In this document: piece by piece, positions 58,241 to 64,000 of the stretch
How the letters are laid out: the number at the start of each line of letters is the position of its first letter
Numbering within the stretch: the first letter of the stretch is position 1
Assembly: GCF_009834535.1 (NCBI RefSeq)
Contig: NC_045697.1
Span: forward strand, 2,668,001-2,732,000
DNA from: Camelus ferus
Taxonomy: Eukaryota
Length of the DNA stretch: 64,000 nucleotides
Reading direction: 5' to 3'
Translations under genes and position numbers: made by a program
Notes under the pieces: generated by a model
What the model was told of the DNA's origin: nothing
The model's input: the letters and a program-made list of their open reading frames with translations, nothing else
Database searches by the model: none

Positions 58241-59849
58241 GCCACCCACTCACATGGCCTCATCCCTCACCCTGAGCACTTAGCAGGGATAAGTGCACTG
58301 GCCCTGGGCACAGCCCTTGCAGAAGCCTGCCCGAGTTTTTAGGCCTGATTAGCAGGCTGCAGTCTGGTCTCAGGGCTCGTCTGGCCCAGCCTAGCCCTGC
58401 AGCATTGGCCGCGGTCCTGCCTCCACACGGCTGCCGCCAGCGCCCAGCTGGCCCAGCCAGGCCTGCCAGAGCCTGTGGGCCGGGAGGCCAGGGCCCCAGG
58501 GTCAGAAAGGGGTACACTTGCAGCGAACCTAGCACCTGAGGCCTAGCCGAGGAGGACACGGCCCAGGACCCTCACTGCAGGCCACCTGCACCCCCGAGAC
58601 CACACCGGCTGCCTGGAAAGTTCCCGGGGGCCCTCCTTTCCCATTTTTCTGGAGCTGGAGGCCCTCCTGGGAGGGAGGGGCAGCTAATGGGGGAAACAGC
58701 TGGTCTGGAAGCTCAGCCACGCTGGGCACGGTGCTGAGGTGGCAGACTGGCCTGGCCCCGGGCGGTGGGGCTCAAGCCTCGCCTGCAGCCCCGGAACCTA
58801 GGCCAGGCCCCAGCTCTCAGTCCTGGGATGCCACTGCATGCCCTTCACTTGGCGGGTCCCGTCACTTGTTTTATGGGTGGGAAATGGGGCCCTGAGGGTC
58901 TCTTACTTACGTGCGTTTCTCATTCAGGCCTCACAACCACCCTGGAAGCAAAGGCGCCTCATCCTCTTTCAAATACCAGAGAGCAGAGCCTCTGCTGGCG
59001 AAGTGAAGTGCCGAGGCCGCGAGTGAGTTACTAGATGAGTGTATGGGTGTCACTTGCATTCATTCAACAAACGTGTCCCAGGCACTGACTCTGGGCCGGC
59101 CCTGGCTGGGCTGGGGGCACAGAGCAGATGCACGGTGCTCGCTGACCTCGGGCAGTGATGCCAATACAGCTGGGAGGGGCTGCAGGGTCAGGGCCAGCCC
59201 CTCCACCAGCAGCAGCTTTGTCCACAAGCAGCACAAGACTTCACTGGCCACTTGGAGGCCTCTCTGCACCTGCCACTGGGGTGGGAGGGTGAAGGGCACC
59301 TCGGCCTGACAGACCTTACTGCCTGTAGGCCAGACAGACTGCATCCTGGGAGACTGCATCCTGGGAGACTCCTGGAGACCAGCTCTCCTTGGGGAGCAGA
59401 GACACTTCTCACACCCTCGCTGCCTTGGACCCTGCCAGAGGCAGGACTCTGATCGGTGGCCCTTCCCAGCTGAGCACTGACCCCCAGCCTCCCTCCTCCC
59501 TCTGCATGGCTCCTTCCCAGCCGCCACCACTGAGATCCCCCCAGCCCTCAGGCTCTCCTGGGTTCTCTCCCTGCCATGGCATCACCATCCTCCCACCCCC
59601 GCCTAAATCCTCAGAGTACCTGTGACTCCTCCCACTCCCTTCTCCTGATCCTCAATCCAGTTGCGGGTCCTGTCAATCTCCTTGGACATCAGCCTCCACT
59701 TGTTTGCCTCCAGGAATGGGGAACTCACTACTTGTAAAGTAGCTCAGCCCCTTACTCTAATGTTCCAGGACTTCTTCCTCCTAGCCTTGGGTCCTTGCAC
59801 ACACCAGTCCCTAAGTAACAGCAGTCCAGAAGTCCATACTTGGTAGCAT

Positions 59850-60400
59850 CTGCAGGGATTTCCCGTGGCCACAGTAACAAACCACAGAAAAGCAGCTTCA
59901 AAGAACAGATACTTATTCTGTCACAGTTTAAGAGGCTGGAAGTCTGAATTCAAGGCGTCGGCAGGGCTGGTTCCCTCTGCACCCGGGGCAGGGTCCTTCC
60001 TGCCTCTTTGAACTTCTGGTAGCTGCCAGTAACCCCTGGCTTGTGGCCACCCCCCTCTAGTCACTCCCTCCATCATCACACGGCCTCCCCCTCTGTGTAC
60101 CTAGCCCCTTTTCTTCTCTCATGGGGATACTTGTCATTGGATCTAAGCCATGTCCTTAGACCAGATGAACAAGGTTGTACTGTGCAGCACAGGGAAATAT
60201 ACACAAGATCTTGTGGTGGCTCACAGAGGAAAAATGTGGCAATGAATATATATATGTTCATGTATAACTGAAAAATTGTGCTCTGCACTGGAATTTGACA
60301 CAACATTGTAAAATGATTATAAATCAATAAAAAATATTAAAAAAAAAAAAAAGACATGTCCTAATCCAGGATGACCTCAGCTCAAGTTTGCTAACTTCAG
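59850..60400 (-). mobile_element. MaLR solo LTR (MLT1 family), split by the L1 fragment
   Basis: GTAACAAACCACAG...CACAGTTTAAGAGGCTGGAAGTCTGAATTCAAGG...TAATCCAGGATGACCTCA. Confidence 0.7.
60157..60350 (+). mobile_element. Short L1 3'-UTR fragment with poly(A), inserted into a MaLR LTR
   Basis: L1 3'-end text, AATAAA and A-run; near-perfect TSD AAGCCATGTCCT (60145-60156) / AAGACATGTCCT (60351-60362). Confidence 0.8.
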
Positions 60401-62435
60401 ATGGGGTCTGTGGCGTGGATGAATGGCCTGGGCCCCCGGGGCGGGCAACTTTCTGAACCTCTCTGTGCCTCATATCCCTCCTCTGTGAAATGGGGTTAAT
60501 AACAACCCTCTCTCCTAAGGCTGCTGAAGGGACGGCGTGAGACAAAGCATGGGAGGCACTGAGCGCTCTTCCTGGCGGTCAGTAACTGGTCATGACTTTC
60601 CATGTTTTTTTTCCTTGTCTTGGGACACAGAAATGCACGCACAAACTCTGAAACCAGATAAAAAGACAGAGGCTAAGGCTTCATTGCAGAAGGAGGAATC
60701 GACGCGGGAATAGTATGTTCAGAATCCTTAGCCTCTCCTTGGCTTCTGTAAATGGATCCAGATGCTTCCAGCACATTCTTCTTTGGCTGAAGTTGTCCAG
60801 AGTGACATTCCATTGCTTCTAAATGAAGAACCCGATGGACCCCAGAGGACTAAGGTCCTTTCTGGATCTCAAGTTTCAGGTAACTCTCTAGCTTACAAAC
60901 TTCCAATGGCTCCCCACTGCCCACAGATTGGATTCTACCCCTGAGCCTGGGACTCCAGGCCCTCCAGGTTCTGTCCCCACCTGGACACTCAAGCCTCATT
61001 GCCAGGCGCCTCTCCATACACCTGACTGCACACACTCCCTGTGTATCCTGTGCCAGACACACCCTTCCTGTTCTCACCTCAACACCTTCTCTGTCTGGAC
61101 CTTTTAAATTCAGTCCACCCCTGAGATTGTGCTGTCTCAGTCAGCACCTTGGGGAGGGTGGGACCAGGGGCGAGTGGCTGGCAAGACTGAGTGAGCCAGA
61201 AAAGCTAGGACTTTGACCCAGGCAGTCGGGCCCCAAAGCCTGTGCCTTAACTACTATCCCTCATTGCCTCTCATGGAGAAGGGAGCCACAGGAACCGGGG
61301 AGAAACAGAGCCAGCCCAGGAGAGGAGCCTTCAGGGCAGCAGACCTGGGGGGCAACCACCCCAGCCAAGCTGGAGCTGTAGGTGGGAGACCCCAGGGTCA
61401 AGGTTTACAGAAGGACCTACAGGTGACCTGATGCACCCAGCCACACAAGGGAAGTTAGGGGACAAGTTAGTGATAAGTATATAAAAAACTAAGCAAATGA
61501 AAACACAAGGCAAGTATCAACTCCAGGCAAAAGAAAAAGCTGGACCAGAAAGACAAGGTAATTATGGTGCGCTGTGTGTCCATCAGCCATCAGCATTTGT
61601 TTGGTCATCACAATACAGATGCTAAGAACTGATTTAACCAAAACTGTGCTGTAGCTTGAGGGGAGGGTGGGCAGGGGAGGGAAATGAGGACAGTCCCCCT
61701 CTGCCACAGAGGGAGTTAGTAGTAGTAGCACCAACCATTGGGAAAGCGAGAAATAGCCCTTTTCCAGGTGGGGGGAAGGTCCCGGACTGGCCACTGGGTG
61801 GCGCACACACAGGCTAAATCACTGCAAAGACTGAAAATAGAACTGGATGTTAAAATCACGACCCACAGAAGGCTGGTGGATCCTTGTGAGCTGCACCCGG
61901 CTGGATCCATTGCTTGCTACAACAAAAATATCAACATTCTCCATAGGATTTAAGACCCAGAGTCTCATCATATAATATTCTAGATGTCCAAGATACAATC
62001 CAGAATTACTTGGCATACGAAGAACCAGGAAAACTTCAACTTGCCTGGGAAAAGACCACTGACAGGTTCCAATGCCAAAGCAATTCAGCTGTCAGACTTG
62101 TCTGATGAAAACCTTAGTGCAAGTATTGTGAAAACAATCCAAGAAGAAAGGTGAACACAACTGAAACAAAAGATTGAAAGTCTAGGCTAAGAAGTAGAAG
62201 ATATAAAGAAGAATTAAATGAAAATGTTAGAACTGAAAAGTATAATTATTAAAATAAAAACTCATTGTATGGGCTCAGTAGCAGAATGGACATGATGGGA
62301 GAATAAGTTAGTGAACTTGAAGATAGAGCAATAAAAAATACCCAGTAAGGACAAAAGAGAAAAAAGAGGTTAAAAAATTATCACAAAATCCAACACCGTT
62401 TCATGATGAAAACACCAAAAAAAAACTAGAACAGA

Positions 62436-63715
62436 TAAACAAATGGGACGTAATTAATTTAAAAGCTTTTGCACAGCAAAGGAAACCATAAACAAAACGA
62501 AAAGACAACCTACAGGATGGGAGAAAATATTTGCAAACAATGTGACCGACAAAGTCTTAATTTCCAAAATATACAAGCAGCTCACACAGCTCAATATCAA
62601 AAAAACAAACAACCCAATAAAAACTGGGCAGATCTAAATAGACATTTCTCCAAAGAAGACATGCAGATGGCCAACAGGCCCATGAAAAGATGCTCGACAT
62701 CACTAATTATTTGAGAAATGCTACAAAACTACAATGAGGTGTCACCTCTCAGCGATCAGAACGGCCATCATCAAAAAGTCTACAAATAATAAATGCTGGA
62801 GAGGGTGTGGAGAAAAAGGAACCCTCTTACAATGCTGGTGGGAATGTAGATTGGTGCAGCCACTATGGAGAACAGTATGGAGGTTCCTTAAAAAAGCTAA
62901 AAATAGACTTATACACAATCCTGCAGTCCCACTCCTGGGCATATATCAGAAGAAAGCTATAATTCAAAAAGATACATGCACCCCAATGTTCACAGCAGCA
63001 CTATTTACAACAGCCAAGACATGGAAGCCACCTAAATGTCCATCAACAGGTGACTGAATAAAGAAAATGTGAGATATATAATGTATATAATGGAATACTA
63101 CACAGCAATAAAAAGGAATGAAATAATGTCATTGGCAGCAACACGGCTGGACCTGGAGATGATCATATTAAGTGAAGTAGGCCAGACAGAGAAAGACGAA
63201 TACCGTATGATATCACTTATATGTGGAATATACAAAATGACACAAGTGAATTTATTTACAAAACAGAAAGTGACCCTCAGAATAGAAAACAAATGTATTG
63301 GGGGTGGGTAGAGTGTGTGCTTAGCATGCACAGGTCCTGGTTCAATCCCCAGTACCTCCATTTAAAAAGTACATAAAAACTGAATTACCCCTCCTTAAAA
63401 AAGAAAAATAAATACAAAAAAAAATTCTTTTAAAAGAAAACAAACTTATGGTTACCAGGGCAGTAAAGGGGGAGGGAGAGATAGACTGGGAGTTTGGGGT
63501 TGGCAGATGCATATACTATGTACAGAGTAGATAAACAACAAGGCCCTACGCTACAGAACAGGCAACTATATCCAGCGGCTTGTAGTAACCTGTAATGAAA
63601 AAGAGCATGAACACGCATGTACGTATACAGCTGCATCACTATGCCGTACACCGGAAACTAATGCAGCATTGCAAAGAAACTGTACTTCAACTTTTTAAAT
63701 TAGGGGCGAAAAAAG
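62436..63715 (+). mobile_element. 5'-truncated LINE-1 (ORF2 C-terminus and 3' UTR)
   Basis: Peptide [32 protein letters not shown] is the L1 ORF2 Cys-rich tail; TSD ACTAGAACAGA at 62425-62435 and 63716-63726. Confidence 0.92.
63294..63434 (+). mobile_element. tRNA-Ala-derived SINE (Vic-1-like) inserted in an L1 3' UTR
   Basis: Degenerate tRNA head plus A-rich tail; TSD AGAAAACAAA at 63284-63293 and 63435-63444. Confidence 0.8.
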
Positions 63716-64000
63716 ACTAGAACAGAAGGGAACTTCGTCAGCCTGACCACGGGCATGTGTGAAGCAAGCACAGCCCCCCTCATGCTCAGCGGCGGAGGCT
63801 GGCTGCTTTCCCCGAAGGGCAGCAACAAGGCAAGAGCGTCGCCTCCGCGGAGCGCCGCCCCAGAGGTTCCAGGTGGGCCATAGGCAAGCAAAAGATGAGA
63901 GGCCTCAGATTGTAAAAGAGCTAAAACTGTCTCGATTCGCATATGACATAATCTTACACATAGAAAACCCTAAGAATCCACAAAAACATCTGTTACAGTG

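Larger units (their letters stand above)
61780..64000 (+). mobile_element. Old L1M-type element (host of the younger L1 at 62436-63715)
   Basis: A-rich degenerate ORF1-like text. AAAATCCAACACCGTTTCATGATGAAAAC and GAAGGGAACTTCGTCAGCCTGA resume across the insertion as the L1 RT segment KIQHPFMIKT...EGNFLNL. Confidence 0.65.

Noticed and set aside
59339..59380. 15-bp tandem duplication CTGCATCCTGGGAGA x2, and a 10-bp x3 repeat near 49237-49264
   Set aside because: Ordinary slippage duplications with no spacers or array structure; not CRISPR-like.
62469..63311. ORFs with Cys-rich and RT-associated peptides
   Set aside because: Broken fragments of L1 ORF2, not a host gene or an active element.

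Overview
GC-rich mammalian genomic DNA, most likely from a camelid (three tRNA-Ala-derived Vic-1-like SINEs). It contains one complete, intact protein-coding gene, carboxypeptidase Z (CPZ), on the minus strand: 11 coding exons from 43518 down to 22869, all introns GT-AG, 1962 nt, 653 aa, with a signal peptide, Frizzled-like cysteine-rich domain, M14B zinc carboxypeptidase domain and transthyretin-like domain. About 6.5-8 kb upstream on the same strand lies a decayed GPR78 pseudogene (start codon lost, several frameshifts and stops, exon 2 recognisable, exon 3 not found). Its CpG-island promoter still carries a perfect 21-bp REST/NRSF RE1 element. The rest is intronic or intergenic DNA with L1, MIR, MaLR LTR, hAT and SINE relics, an orphan CpG island, and several AT-rich homeodomain-motif clusters that look like enhancers. 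Most worth following up: the intact RE1 and CpG island at the dead GPR78, a duplicated exon-8 end plus splice donor behind a G-rich repeat in CPZ intron 8, an outlier 1.7-kb ORF at 8031-9740, and a three-layer retroposon nest. Gene and repeat identities come from my recall of the human proteins and repeat consensuses, not from a search; repeat boundaries are approximate.
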